Of a stretch of DNA of 64,000 nucleotides, positions 27,810-41,483 are shown one piece after another; position 1 is the first letter of the stretch; every line of letters begins with the position of its first letter. Position numbers and translations under genes: made by a program. The notes under the pieces are model-generated. The model did no database searches. It saw only the letters and a program-made list of their open reading frames with translations, and was not told where the DNA came from. Origin of the DNA: Tubulanus polymorphus (taxonomy: Eukaryota > Animalia > Nemertea); contig NW_027437473.1 of the NCBI RefSeq assembly GCF_964204645.1, positions 4,001-68,000 on the forward strand, in the 5' to 3' direction.

Positions 27810-30523
27810 CTATATCTGTATTTCTACTCTCAGTCTTTTATTGAGTTTTTTAAGTTCTGATTTGATGTAATCTCTCGTCGTATAGCGGTCGGTGCTCCAG
27901 CAGAGGATATACAGGTCAGAAAGATGCGGAAGATTATTGATTAATTCGACGATTAATTTGACGAATAAATCGATATCGTGCTGTGTATTAATCGGCGCGA
28001 TTGGTGAACGGTGAAACTCTAAATAACGAATTGATGAGACGTGTTTTAGTTGTTTAAAGATACGATTGTTCTGTACCGGTCTATCGGGATAGCTATAAAT
28101 ACGGACTTGTCGCAGCTGATTTACCGCATCTGACGATAGATACCGAACAAGTGCGTCAACATCAGCTTCTGACCGCAACACTATTCCTAATACAGTCAGC
28201 CGCGGCAGGTGATCTAGAACGCGGTGTTTTTGTAAATTAAATCCGTTAATGACAAGACGTTTTAGTTTCGGCATTGAACCGACACTATCACTCATTGCTG
28301 CACATTCATCTGTCGTTAGTCCGAGCCGTCCGAGCTGAATTGTTTCGATGTGTGAAGATTTTATCGTGTTGTTTAAATCATTCCATTCCTCCGAACCGAT
28401 CAAATTCTTATCGAATATTAATCCACTAAGACATAAGGTTTTCAAACTCGGAATGATGTTTATCAGCCCTCTGATTGTATTTCTATCGAGCTGATATTCC
28501 CACAGAGATCTGAGAGATAGATGTTTTATGGATGGATACGATTTGTGAATATTGACTAAAATATAACCTAAACGTTCCGCACTAACACGAGGATCAATAA
28601 ACAGACTCTCCACTGTATTGTGTGTGTTAGTATCAACACTGATCAACCGCGCGTCATCTTCAGTGTTAATCACGTGACTTGTAATAATCCATTCATTATT
28701 GAGTTTCTTGTAACATTCACCAGGGTCTAATCCACCTCGCTCCACAAACCAGTTTATACTGTTGCTCTTCTGACACATAGTCAAGAACTGATCGCGTATT
28801 GATGACCTGTATGTAACTAATATCATACCGTGAAGACTAGTGTTACTCGTTATGGCTGTTTCTAATACGCGGCATTCGTCGGGTTCCAGTTCCTTATAAC
28901 TGTGAATAATGTAAACTAGCTCGATCTGACATTGTTTGTGTTCGAGTATTTTTGCGAGCATGTTTATCCACGATCTGCTATATACAGATACGAACAACAT
29001 TTTCTGCATGTAGGGAACTATTTCACTAATGGCGTCGTCCGGCCAGTCGGCTTCATCCATGCAGATTGACAACTGTTCAGATAAAACAGTTCTTTCGGAT
29101 CGGAGTTCGAAGTAGCGTTCGTAATCGGGAATGAGCGCCATCTCCCTAGTAACCATATCCAAGGAATCGTACGTCATACTATCCGCTATTGTGACTGCTT
29201 TTAAATGTTCATCTATTAAAGTCTTGAAAAGTTCACCGAGGCCGCGGTTATACTTGTAACGATACAGCAGCCCTGACATGAATCTCGGGTATAATTCACC
29301 ATATTTCACAAGTTCGTCCTGTAGTTGTTCAAACGCGCATTTATTCCAGGGTATTTCACCGCTGTTGTTGAATTGCACGACCGAGTGTACCGCCGCCAGA
29401 AATTCGTGCACAGATTTGTGTATGAACCGTAGCTGGACGGAGCGGTCTGATCTCCGTCGCGGCGACACCTCTTTACACGTCAAAGCCGTCCTTTTCGATT
29501 CGTCGAGTTCAAGACGACTTTCGGTGAAGCTGTTTTGATGCTTGATGAGCGTCTCATACGCGACTTGACAAATTTCTTTAAGCGCTTCGGAATTTCCGAT
29601 ATTGCGGAAAAAACATTCCTTCGACAACTCGAGGCCCTCGCGTTTACTGATCAGAAAACATGTCAAATCGATGTAGATATCGGTGAGTTTTGATGGTATC
29701 ATAATTTCTTCCTTGTCCATATACAGAAAACAAAACATATGTAGTATCAGCGGGTTGTAGTAGATACTTTCAAATAAAGGTGACGCTGCGGCTTTAAGCT
29801 TGTCGAATAGCTGTTCTGGATTGGGGAATTTTCTCTTCATAATATCGATGACTTCTTTCTGTTTGAAGCCGGATATCGATACAACAGTGAATTTGGGATC
29901 AGTGACGATCATGCTGCCCCCGGACTCACGTGTTGTTACGACGATATGCGCTTTCGGTAATTTATTGGTCACGTGTACGATGTATTCCTTCGCTTTATCG
30001 CTTTTTAACTCGTCGAAGCCGTCTAGAAAAAATATCGATTTTTCTGCATTTTCCCGTAAGAATCTCTTAAAACCAATCGGCAAATGCTCTTCGATTTCTC
30101 GACTCAAAAGATCTTCGTAAATGTACTTATAAATACACGCGTTATCAGCGGGCAGTTCATTTAACGGTATATAGAATAACATAGGAAATCTTTTCAGAAA
30201 CGGTGATCGCTCCCATGACAACACTTGATTAACTACCTGAGTTGTTTTACCCATACCGGGTTCACCTACGAGGCACACGCGTTTCATAGCACGCTCGTCA
30301 TAAGTGAAAAGCTTCTCGAAATGATCGGGTAAAATCACTGGCTGCTCCTCACTTCCTTCATTTTTCTTCGGGTTTCGTTTTCGGGGTCGAATTTTCGCGT
30401 GTTCTCGGGTGAAGAAGTCGTTGAAATTGACGAATTCATCGCTCCACGAAACCTCTTTGTAATTTTCATCATCGATCATTCGTTTATACGTTTCTTTCAG
30501 GCTCTTCCGAACTTGATCAACAT
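27810..30523 (-). CDS. NLR paralog 2, terminal exon: NACHT + LRR-like
   Basis: Same NACHT motifs (GEPGMGKTT, FFLDGFDEL, FIHKSVHEFLAA). Phase-1 acceptor tttttacag|ATGTTGATCAAGTT. Confidence 0.92.
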
Positions 30524-33500
30524 CTGTAAAAATAAAATCAGTTTGAGATTTTTTAGAATTTCTATGGCGGCTGATATTACCTGAAAATCATAGAATCATA
30601 GAAAATGTCATGAGCTTAAATTTTACAATTAACCGCAGTTACAAAATATGCCTAGGTACCAAGGAACTAATGAGTTATTCTGCTATTCAACGCCCCCTAG
30701 TGACCTTAAACAAAAACCAACGAACCTGAAACTCACCACAATCATACATCATGTCATGAGCTAAAACTTTGCAATTGATTGCGGTGACAAAATATGCACC
30801 AGAAAGAATCTTTCTGTGGGGTCGGGTTAGCAACAAGTTCGATCAGAGACATTCAAGGTCCCATCTACACGAGTGGAAAAATCCTTTATTTTCAATCTAC
30901 ACGAGGAAAACATTTCCAAAATCACCTTTAAAAAAGTCGGCTTTTTCACCTTTTTGAAAATAATACTTAATCTAAAGATAATTTAGCTGATTTTGGTGAG
31001 CTTCACGTGTTACTAAAACGAGGGCGCTATCATCACAGCTCCGCAGTAAATACTGCAAACTACGCCGCGCATCAACTTGCAATTTTCAGCACAGGACAAG
31101 ATGTTTATTAATCTTTCTCATCTTTCTGTGAATTTCAGTTTGAGTCAATCGGATGACAACAATTCATTTCATTTAGTTCTTAACTTTTGAAATGAGGATT
31201 GGAAAACTGTATTAGTCACGTGATACACGATGAACCGGTTTTCTGAACACAAATCTTCGCTGCTTACGCGCATAAGAAGTGCCGGTTTTAAGTCTTAGCG
31301 CAGGTAAACCAAATATACTTTGTTAATTTAGATTTCACCAAGCAAATGTTTCTAGGCCTGGGATATACAATACAATAAGTAGCGGCACACTTCAATGAGT
31401 ATGAATTACTTTTTAGAAAGGCCGATCAGCCATATCGGTGCGCAAAAGTAAAGGGATATCCCGATATGACATCAGGCGGGAAAATAATTATTATTTTACA
31501 GAATTCCTTCGATTTCTTCTTTCAGAAATAAATTCATTCCTTCTTTCAATAAACCCAGGAAAGTGCAACAAATTTCCCTGAACTAATTACAAAGCTACGT
31601 ATCTTGTGTCAAATAACAGAAAAAATGGGAAAATGAAGTCGAACCACTAAAACATCGTGGTCGGCGTTGCTACGCGACCCGACCACAAAAATGAAATCAG
31701 TTTGAGATATTTTATGCCGGGTGTAAGTCGGTTGCGACGCGATAAGTCTTTTTACAGTTGCCAGGCGCTATTTTTGGGTACCCACCGGGTCCGCATTGTT
31801 GAATTCTTGTCCCAATTTTTTCCCCAGTTTAATTTTTCTTATTTCGTTCATATCTCTGGATTGGATTAAGATAGAAATGAGGTAAAAATATCGATGAACT
31901 CAGCTGATAATTAACTTTTCTATGATATCACTCATTTATAAATTTAAAGCAACAATGCGCGCTGGTGAAGTTATAAACATTCATATCCTCTTCCCGATAA
32001 TTCAACTTGAATTTTAGCTCATCTCATTCAAAAGTTCGTAATTCTTACAAATCTTAATCTACATTTTCATTATTCAATTTTGAAGGCAGGGTCTGGACTA
32101 CCGATCCCCAACCCTGAAGTCTGTCCCTGTTTTACTAGAACTGCCTATATATCTTTATTTGCCATTTTTTTCAAATGACTAAGTGCCCTTATTTCCATAG
32201 TTACTGAAAACTTTGATTTCAATAAAGCAGGGACCGGTAAAATTGTGAAATTTCCTGATATAAAGATAGGATCGTACTTGCGATTGTCACGTGGTAACTA
32301 AAATCGGAACCAAACCACGCAAAGATAAAAAGTTTCGAATTTCTGGCCTATTAGGGAAAATTGGGTTTCAACACAGCTATTTAGTAATAGTCATTGACTT
32401 AGAGCTAAAATAACTGGTCTTTATGGTCAAAGCAGCTTGAAAACAAATGAAAGAGATTAAATTCTCGATAAGAAATTCTACGAATCCTTCAAAAAAAATT
32501 ATTTCAAAACGCATCTCACAACTATTGTGGGTTCGAATCCCAGTATTACTGGATCTAATCGCGCATCTCCCAGTCACTAGAGCGCGTAGCCGTAGGTCTA
32601 TTGCGACGATCGCGTCGCAGTAAGTAGAACATGTGCGACTTGCTGCGACTGGCGTCGTTAAAATTTCTATGGTCGCTGATTTGGTCTCCAAATTTCCCGT
32701 CGATTGAGAAAAATTAGCTAAAAGAAAATATTTGTTACAGCTTGTTCGAAAACAGCTTTTATTTGAGCGCTCACTGAAAAAAACTTATAGGTCCTGATAT
32801 CAACGAGTTGATCTAAGCAAATCAACTTTTAAATCAATTCATTGATCGCGTTTACAAAATATGCAGAGTTACCAATATAAATGGAAAATTGTATTCAATT
32901 CAATATTTAATTCTCCTGGTGGGTTGAACAAAAGACCGAAATTCCATGTCCTATGACATTGCTGATAACGACCAAATATCAAGACTAAGTTAAAATCACT
33001 CACCCACTAAGTGAAAATGACATTTTCCCCAAAAACACCTCTTTTCATCTGTGTGCAAGAAATTACGTTAAAATTGAATGATGAAAAAAACCTGTCTGAT
33101 GTGTCAGGAAATCCCCTTTCCAAAAAATACCAATCACAAATTCCAACAGAAAATACCAAACAATTAGGAAGCTACAGGTCTCGGAATTTAGACCAAAAAT
33201 AGGTACAAAAAGGTCTCAGGACGGCCATATTGAGTCCGATCGACCCAATTTTAACTTTTTCTTATGCTGATGTGTGCTGTGGAGATATATACTTATAAAA
33301 GATAAAGGATATTGATTAAAGTCATTCCAATTCCAATATTTGATGAATTTTCATTATAAGTAATCTGTTTATTATTAAGATTGAAATTATGTTATTTTCG
33401 TTTTTCAATTCTCAAGTTAATCAAATCATTGTAACCTTTAGAAAGTATTAAATCATCATTTCTTTCTTTAAAAGGAGTTTCAAGAATATTCATTATTTTT

Positions 33501-34683
33501 TCATCTAAATTACCTTTATAATCTAAAACTGTATTGAATATTTTAGGATTTCTGGAGCCATTATGGAAAGTATCTATTAGTTCAGTAATTAAATATGTTT
33601 CATTTAATAATATTTGATTAATTACAGTAATATTATCAATTTTATTTCGTCTTCCATAAACTAAATTTGTTGCTGAGATATAATTTTCAATGTTTAACAA
33701 TCGAGGAATTCATGCCTGAAATGTGGCTATAAAAACTGATCGTATGTTTACTAGATTTTGAGTAGGTGTCAGTCACAAGTTCTTCCAATAGCAATAAATA
33801 TGTATGAACTGGCTGCCTGTCAGCCATCTTGATTGTGAACAGGGACAATCCGAAATAACTGGATTCCATCTATGGACGAACGGGCAAAAAGTGAAATCAA
33901 CAGCCAACTGGGACTAAAGTCCCAACTGGGCTTAAACAATCGTACGCCACCTGGTGGATAGAATGTCTTGATATAATTTTCTATTATTTTAGTTAAAGAT
34001 TTAGAACGATCTTTAGAGACATGGTCAAAGACTTCGGACCCGTCTTATGATTTAGGATCACATTTGGACTCAAGCACGAGTTCTGATGGTAGAAATCTAT
34101 AATTACCAATTGATATTGTGCAACTCGATACTAACGACTATAGCCGCGATCACGGGGAGACGATTTGACCCGGGCTGCAAAATTGGTACGGATCAGGTCC
34201 GAGTCAAATTGGCCTTAGAGATTGCATTCACACGCAAACCTCTCACTTGATACTAAACAAAACGAAGTGAGTCACTACCGGAACCAGTTGACCCGCACCT
34301 GGTCCGACGTTTTTGGTCAAATTGGGCCCAGGTCCATTTTGAATTATAGGGTTAGGATTGAAACGTGATAGTATCTGATCACGGTAACTTTCACTCTTAT
34401 TTTACTGTTAACAGTATTTATACTGTTAATCTGTTTTTATTCCTACTCGAGACTGATAAACAAACTGTGTCACCAGATGTGATAAGAGACCATAATTCAA
34501 AATACCGATTATAGAACCTGACCCTGACTGTTTTAGTCAAAGATTTAAAACAATCGGGTTGGTGGACAATATATTACTTTCGCCTCAAAACTTTACACCG
34601 GATTTATATACGAGATCACATTTAGACTCAAGTCACATCATTCTGTACTGAACTGAACTCCGATGGTTAAAATCTATAATTAC

Positions 34684-34779
34684 CGAGATTCTCAGCAGGT
34701 CTATCGACGGTTTGCTCCTCGTCATCGCGAACATTTTCTGCATTTATTCCTGGATTACTCTGTGCCAAAGCACCACAAA
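34684..34779 (-). CDS. NLR2 cassette exon B1 (96 nt, RHIM-null spacer): (V)CGALAQSNPGINAENVRDDEEQTVDRPAENL
   Basis: AG/GT borders, phase 1-1, no stop codon. Confidence 0.65.
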
Positions 34780-35815
34780 CTGAAAAACAGGATTTAGAAT
34801 TCAGTCATTTTATCTCAACAAGTGCAGCACATTTTTCCTGACCTAATTGTTTTGTCCAGTATTTACACAATCAGCCTCTACTCATATTCAGACTGAAGTT
34901 TTCTTTGTTTCCGCTACTGATAAAGGATAATGGAATGTAGGAAAAAAATGGCCGAGGAAAATTTATGAGAACTACTGACAATGTTAATAAAACATTAAGC
35001 CTTCAAATTAATGACATCATATATTTTTCATGGGGCTTAAAACAATTAAAATCGGTATTAATGAGATCAGAAATTTGATTAACTTACATTTCATTTCATT
35101 ACAGGATTGCTACATTGGAGAGTCATTGAATCCTATGTCTGAACTCAACTAACCCATGATGAGTTCACTCCTACATGTAGCAATCCTCCACCTAATATCA
35201 ATTATATCTGATATTGTGCAACTCGATACTAACGACTATAGCCGCGATCGCGGGGAGACGTTTTGACCCGGGCTGCAAAATTGGTACGGATCAGGTCCGA
35301 GTCAAATTGGCCTTAGAGATTGCATTCACACGCAAACCTCTCACTTAATACTAAACAAAGCGAAGTGAGTCACTACCGGAACCAGTTGACCCGCACCTGG
35401 TCCGACGTTTTTGGTCGGGCCAAATTGGGCCCAGGCCCATTTTGAATTATAGGGTTAGGATTGAAACGTGATAGTATCTGATCACGGTAACTTTCACTCT
35501 TATTTTACTGTTAACAGTATTTATACTGTTAATCTGTTTTTATTCCTACTCGAGACTGATAAACAAACTGTGTCACCAGATGTGATAAGAGACCATAATT
35601 CAAAATACCGATTATATAACCAGACCCTGACAGTATTAGTCAAAGATTTAAAACAATCGGGTTGGTGGGTCCATTTTGGTACTCAGAATCTTTAAAGACA
35701 ATATATTACTTTCGCCTCAAAACTTTACACCGGATTTATATGCGAGATCACATTTAGACTCAAGTCACATCATTCTGTACTGAACTGAACTCTGATGGTT
35801 AAAATCTATAATTAC

Positions 35816-35953
35816 CGAGATTCTCAGCAGGTCTGTCGCTGGCTTGAGTAACTGCGTGGATAATTTGATTCACTGTATTATTGTCACCGATTATACTTAA
35901 ATTAGAATTGTCTGCATTTATTCCTGGATTACTCGCCGCCATAGTAACGTTTA
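35816..35953 (-). CDS. NLR2 cassette exon B2 (138 nt, divergent RHIM-like): (V)NVTMAASNPGINADNSNLSIIGDNNTVNQIIHAVTQASDRPAENL
   Basis: AG/GT borders, phase 1-1, homologous to A2. Confidence 0.7.
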
Positions 35954-36287
35954 CTGAAAAACAGAATTTAGAATTCAGTCATTATATCTCAACAAGTGCA
36001 GCACAGTTTTCCTGAAAGAAATATGCTGGTTGGCCAAATTGTAAATTAGTACATATCACATGCAGAAGACCAGATAACAATGATAAAAGCTTACTATAAT
36101 ACAAGTGTAGCAACCCAATCTCAATAATTACAATAATGAAATGTATGAATTTGTGAGCAGTATTCGCCTGTTAATAATAAGACATAAACTACATGAAACA
36201 CATTCTAGCCACAAATATTACCAGTCTCGCTAGCCATATACTCATTCTGTACTGAACTGAACTTTGATGGTTAAAATCTATAATTAC

Positions 36288-36383
36288 CGAGATTCTCAGC
36301 AGGTCTATCGACGGTTTGCTCCTCGTCATCGCGAACATTTTCTGCATTTATTCCTGGATTACTCTGTGCCATAGTACCCAGTA
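36288..36383 (-). CDS. NLR2 cassette exon B3 (96 nt spacer): (V)LGTMAQSNPGINAENVRDDEEQTVDRPAENL
   Basis: AG/GT borders, phase 1-1. Confidence 0.65.
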
Positions 36384-37227
36384 CTGAAAAACAGGATTTA
36401 GAATTCAGTCATTTCATCTCAACAAGTGCAGCACATTTTTCCTGACCTAATTGTTGTGTCCAGTATTTACACAATCAGCCTCTACTCATATTCAGACTGA
36501 AATTTTCTTTGTTTCCGCTACTGATAAAGGATAATAGACTAAACTTCAACATCTCCATCACAAGTTCGCATTTGGAACGTTAGATAATTTGACCTCCTTA
36601 GAGATTTCCGGCGACGTTACAAAACACAGTTGAAATTGTTTATTAGGTTTTTATCGTGTGAAAAACGCATTCAGATAACGCGCCAGGGACGGTCATCGAC
36701 TGAGATATCAAATCACAAGCCACAACAGGTCGCCATCCGCAAATCACTGACTTTATTTTCTAAAAATGCCTGAAGAATACTGTCTTAATTTGCTGGATTA
36801 GTTTTAAAGAGGCGCACACTCGACAATCTGACATCGAAATGTAACCAGCATTGGTTTCTTTCAAGGATTTTACGTAGAAAAAAAACTGTGTCAACGAGAA
36901 GACTTGTATCTTCTAAATCACTGAATACTGTTTTAACCTGCCGGAGGAAGGGGCGCATACTCGACAGTCTTACATTGGAATGAATGTAATTAGGATCAGT
37001 TTTTTCTTTCATGGATTTTAATGTAAAAAATAAATGATTCTAAAAGTTGATTTCATTGACATTCATTACGCAGGAAGGGAAGCTGCTTTGTTAAAGTCAG
37101 GCATAAACGTGTGACTCAGTCACACGTCTCAAAACTTTACACCAGTTTTATATACGAGATCACATTTAGACTCAAGTCACATCATTCTGTACTGAACTGA
37201 ACTCCGATGATTAAAATCTATAATTAC

Positions 37228-37323
37228 CGAGATTCTCAGCAGGTCTATCGACGGTTTGCTCCTCGTCATCGCGAACATTTTCTGCATTCATTCCTGGATT
37301 ACTCTGTACCAAAGCACCACAAA
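37228..37323 (-). CDS. NLR2 cassette exon B4 (96 nt spacer): (V)CGALVQSNPGMNAENVRDDEEQTVDRPAENL
   Basis: AG/GT borders, phase 1-1. Confidence 0.65.
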
Positions 37324-38325
37324 CTGAAAAACAGGATTTAGAATTCAGTCATTTTATCTCAACAAGTGCAGCACATTTTTCCTGACCTAATTGTTTTGTC
37401 CAGTATTTACACAATCAGCCTCTACTCATATTCAGACTGAAGTTTTCTTTGTTTCCGCTACTGATAAAGGATAATGGAATGTAGGAAAAAAATGGCCGAG
37501 GAAAATTTATGAGAACTACTGACAATGTTAATAAAACATTAAGCCTTCAAATTAATGACATCATATATTTTTCATGGGGCTTAAAACAATTAAAATCGGT
37601 ATTAATGAGATCAGAAATTTGATTAACTTACATTTCATTTCATTACAGGATTGCTACATTGGAGAGTCATTGAATCCTATGTCTGAACTCAACTAACCCA
37701 TGATGAGTTCACTCCTACATGTAGCAATCCTCCACCTAATATCAATTATATCTGATATTGTGCAACTCGATACTAACGACTATAGCCGCGATCACGGGGA
37801 GACGATTTGACCCGGGCGGCAAAATTGGTACGGATCAGGTCCGAGTCAAATTGGCCTTAGAGATTGCATTCACACGCAAACCTCTCACTTGATACTAAAC
37901 AAAGCGAAGTGAGTCACTACCGGAACCAGTTGACCCGCACCTGGTCCGACGTTTTTGGTCAAATTGGGCCCAGGTCCATTTTGAATTATAGGGTTAGGAT
38001 TGAAACGTGATAGTATCTGATCACGGTAACTTTCACTCTTATTTTACTGTTAACAGTATTTATACTGTTAATCTGTTTTTATTCCTACTCGAGACTGATA
38101 AACAAACTGTGTCACCAGATGTGATAAGAGACCATAATTCAAAATACCGATTATAGAACCTGACCCTGACTGTTTTAGTCAAAGATTTAAAACAATCGGG
38201 TTGGTGGACAATATATTACTTTCGCCTCAAAACTTTACACCGGATTTATATACGAGATCACATTTAGACTCAAGTCACATCATTCTGTACTGAACTGAAC
38301 TCCGATGGTTAAAATCTATAATTAC

Positions 38326-38421
38326 CGAGATTCTCAGCAGGTCTATCGACGGTTTGCTCCTCGTCATCGCGAACATTTTCTGCATTTATTCCTGGATTAC
38401 TCTGTGCCATAGTACCCAGTA
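38326..38421 (-). CDS. NLR2 cassette exon B5 (96 nt spacer, same type as B3)
   Basis: AG/GT borders, phase 1-1, located 2038 bp from B3. Confidence 0.65.
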
Positions 38422-39286
38422 CTGAAAAACAGGATTTAGAATTCAGTCATTTTATCTCAACAAGTGCAGCACATTTTTCCTGACCTAATTGTTGTGTCCA
38501 GTATTTACACAATCAGCCTCTACTCATATTCAGACTGAAATTTTCTGTTTCCGCTACTGATAAAGGATAATAGACTAAACTTCAACATCTCCATCACAAG
38601 TTCGCATTTGGAACGTTAGATAATTTGACCTCCTTAGAGATTTCCGGCGACGTTACAAAACACAGTTGAAATTGTTTATTAGGTTTTTATCGTGTGAAAA
38701 ACGCATTCAGATAACGCGCCGGGGTCGGTCATCGACTGAGATATCAAATCACAAGCCACAACAGGTCGCCATCCGCAAATCACTGACTTTATTTTCTAAA
38801 AATGCCTGAAGAATACTGTCTTAATTTGCTGGATTAGTTTTAAAGAGGCGCACACTCGACAATCTGACATCGAAATGTAACCAGCATCGGTTTCTTTCAA
38901 GGATTTTACGTAGAAAAAAAACTGTGTCAGCAAAAGACAGACTTATGTTAGATGTTGCAACGAGAAGACTTGTATCTTCTAAATCACTGAATACTGTTTT
39001 AACCTGCCGGAGGAAGGGGCGCATACTCGACAGTCTTACATTGGAATGAATGTAATTAGGATCAGTTTTTTCTTTCATGGATTTTAATGTAAAAAATAAA
39101 TGATTCTAAAAGTTGATTTCATTGACATTCATTGCGCAGGAAGGGAAGCTGCTTTGTTAAAGTCAGGCATAAACGTGTGACTCAGTCACACATCTCAAAA
39201 CTTTTCTCTGGTTTTATATACGAGATCACATTTTGACTCGAGTCACATCATTCTGTACTGAACTGAACTCTGATCTCAATAATTAC

Positions 39287-39382
39287 CGAGATTCTCAGCA
39301 GGTCTATCGACGGTTTGCTCCTGGTCATCGCGAACATTTTCTGCATTTATTCCTGGATTACTCTCCGCCATAGTAACGTTTA
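39287..39382 (-). CDS. NLR2 cassette exon B6 (96 nt, likely first coding exon, ATG at 39371): MAESNPGINAENVRDDQEQTVDRPAENL
   Basis: AG/GT borders and actATGg context. The model including all exons gives 1106 aa. Confidence 0.65.
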
Positions 39383-40492
39383 CTGAAAAACAACATTTAG
39401 AATTCTTCAGTCATTTCATCTCAATTTAAGTGCAGCACATTTTTCCTGACCTAATTGTTTGTAATACATCTATAAACAAGTTGACTATCCATTGTCAACT
39501 GCTGTTGCTGGCGCGGTAACTATCTCTAAATATTGGAATCGTCGGTCGATTTAGAAATATCAAATTAGAAACAATGGACCCTGTACGGCGTGGAATCAGA
39601 AATTGTCTTTACTGTTAAATAATCTCTGCATGACTAACAAAGATACATTCTTTTTGCGACAGCCGACCGAACTAACCGACAATGCGCCTAGAAATTATGA
39701 CTCGAAGAATGATAAATTTATGTCGTTTTGTGTCGGAGACCTGGTATAAAATACATCAAGCTCCTAACCTTGTATTGTGTAGTTACTCCATAATTCTGTA
39801 GTGACGTAATAAGAGGGATGGGAATCGTTTAAAATAATAATTGCGAGTGAATGAACTACATGTATTATATATTACACGATAAAGATATCTATCACTGATG
39901 TCAGAAAATCTCGTTAAAATTATCATTAACTCTGAAACGCTGAGATCTAAGTTTACCACCAACGATTATGTAAACTCATACATTATCAATTTCGCCCTTG
40001 TGATGCAAAAGTTTAAGAGTTCTACTTTTTTGCACTTTTTTGTTGTTTAGATATAAAAGGATGTAAGGTTTTAACCTGATAAACTCTAGATATAAAACTA
40101 GTCTCATTCTGTGTTATGAACCGACGCCCCCCTCCCCCCCTAATCAGAATCGCGTTCTGTTCAAACACAATTCCGCATTCACTAAATTGACTAGAATATT
40201 TCTACAGTAAATTAAAGATATTTAGGCCAAAAAAAAAATTATGTTTCTGGTCAGGCCCTTCTGCACAAAATGATGTGTTTAAAAAAAATCCTACTTTGAC
40301 TATCGAGTGTGATGGATTAGTCGACAGGAACAAGTCCAAACGCACGTACAGTAGCCGGCCCTTGCAAAATTGATATCTTTTGGTTTTTATTCACTATCAG
40401 ACGAGCTCAGACCACTATTCCAAAATCTTCTATATCCTATAATAAAAACAAGAAATTCGAGAGTTTAGTTCATATATAAGCGCGTAAATTCA

Positions 40493-40710
40493 GGGGAAAT
40501 CCTGCTTATGGCTCATAGGCCAGCATCTTAGCTACGCATTGAAGTGGTTTTCGCCCCACATATCCAACCTAACTTTTGAAATAATCAAACCTTTAGAAAG
40601 GAGGGGTATCCCAGTACAGGTATGCCAGTACATCCGAGCCAAATATCTAAGGGAATCCCCCACCGTGTTTGGTACCCTTACTCCAAGCAAAAAAAGTCCA
40701 GGGAATCCCT
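40493..40710. promoter_or_regulatory. Cluster of NF-kB-like sites 5' of the NLR2 coding exons
   Basis: GGGGTATCCC (40603) and GGGAATCCCC (40651) fit GGGRNWYYCC; near-matches at 40493 and 40701. Confidence 0.4.
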
Positions 40711-40748
40711 TATTTCATCATCGATCTGTCTCTTTCTCAGGATCAATG

Positions 40749-41483
40749 CAGGGGCGTAGCCACAAATATTACCGGACATATGTCGCACCAATGATTGAAA
40801 AACCCATTATGCTAAAACGTCATAATAAACGTTATTCTGTATTTACATTGGGGGGGGGGGGTATCAAGTTCTTTTGAAGATGTCAGTGGTGCTAATACAG
40901 AGGCGTTGGTAATGAGATTTTCGGTGTAGGCCACATCCAACCCAGTGACTCCAGCGAGTTTTGTTTATAAGTGTTTACGGTATCACATCTGGACCATGAA
41001 CCTGATCTCACAGTATCAAAGTTGCCGAATTCAGATCCAGCCTACCACTTGTATCGAGGGGTACTCAGGTTTGCCCTTCTAGTTTTCTAGTTCGTGATTT
41101 TGACAGGCTCTTGTACTAACATGAATGTTTTATTGCGGGCAAGTATTCTGGAAGTAGTATAGAAACTTCAAGGGAGATAGACTTTAAGCCCCAAATATGC
41201 TTAAAGATTGCATCTTAGAACCTTGAAAAATCAAAATTTTCTGGGGAGTGCCCCCAGGTCCCCCGTTTTGTGCTATAACCTTGAGATAACCTTGGCTTAG
41301 AGGCATTGATTATATTATCTACAGAAAAATTATTCAAATATGAGCTCTCAGCCATCAGAACGCATCTCAGACGTTTTAATGTTCAAAATTTTCTTGGGGG
41401 AGGGCCCCAAACCCCCCTACAAGACATCGCGATGTGCGCTCCCGATTGTCGCGCCATTTTGAATTTAGGTGGCTACGCCCCTG
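40749..41483. mobile_element. MITE-like non-autonomous DNA transposon
   Basis: Terminal inverted repeats CAGGGGCGTAGCCAC / GTGGCTACGCCCCTG, no ORF, no clear TSD. Confidence 0.7.

Noticed and set aside
33392-33700. 102-aa ORF repeated in the large intron of the paralogs
   Set aside because: Very AT-rich, no recognisable domain, truncated by a stop in copy I; recurrence is explained by recent duplication.
36785-39078. Recurrent MKEKTDPNY... ORFs (also 61100-61357)
   Set aside because: They lie within duplicated intron modules and have no recognisable domain or supported splice context.
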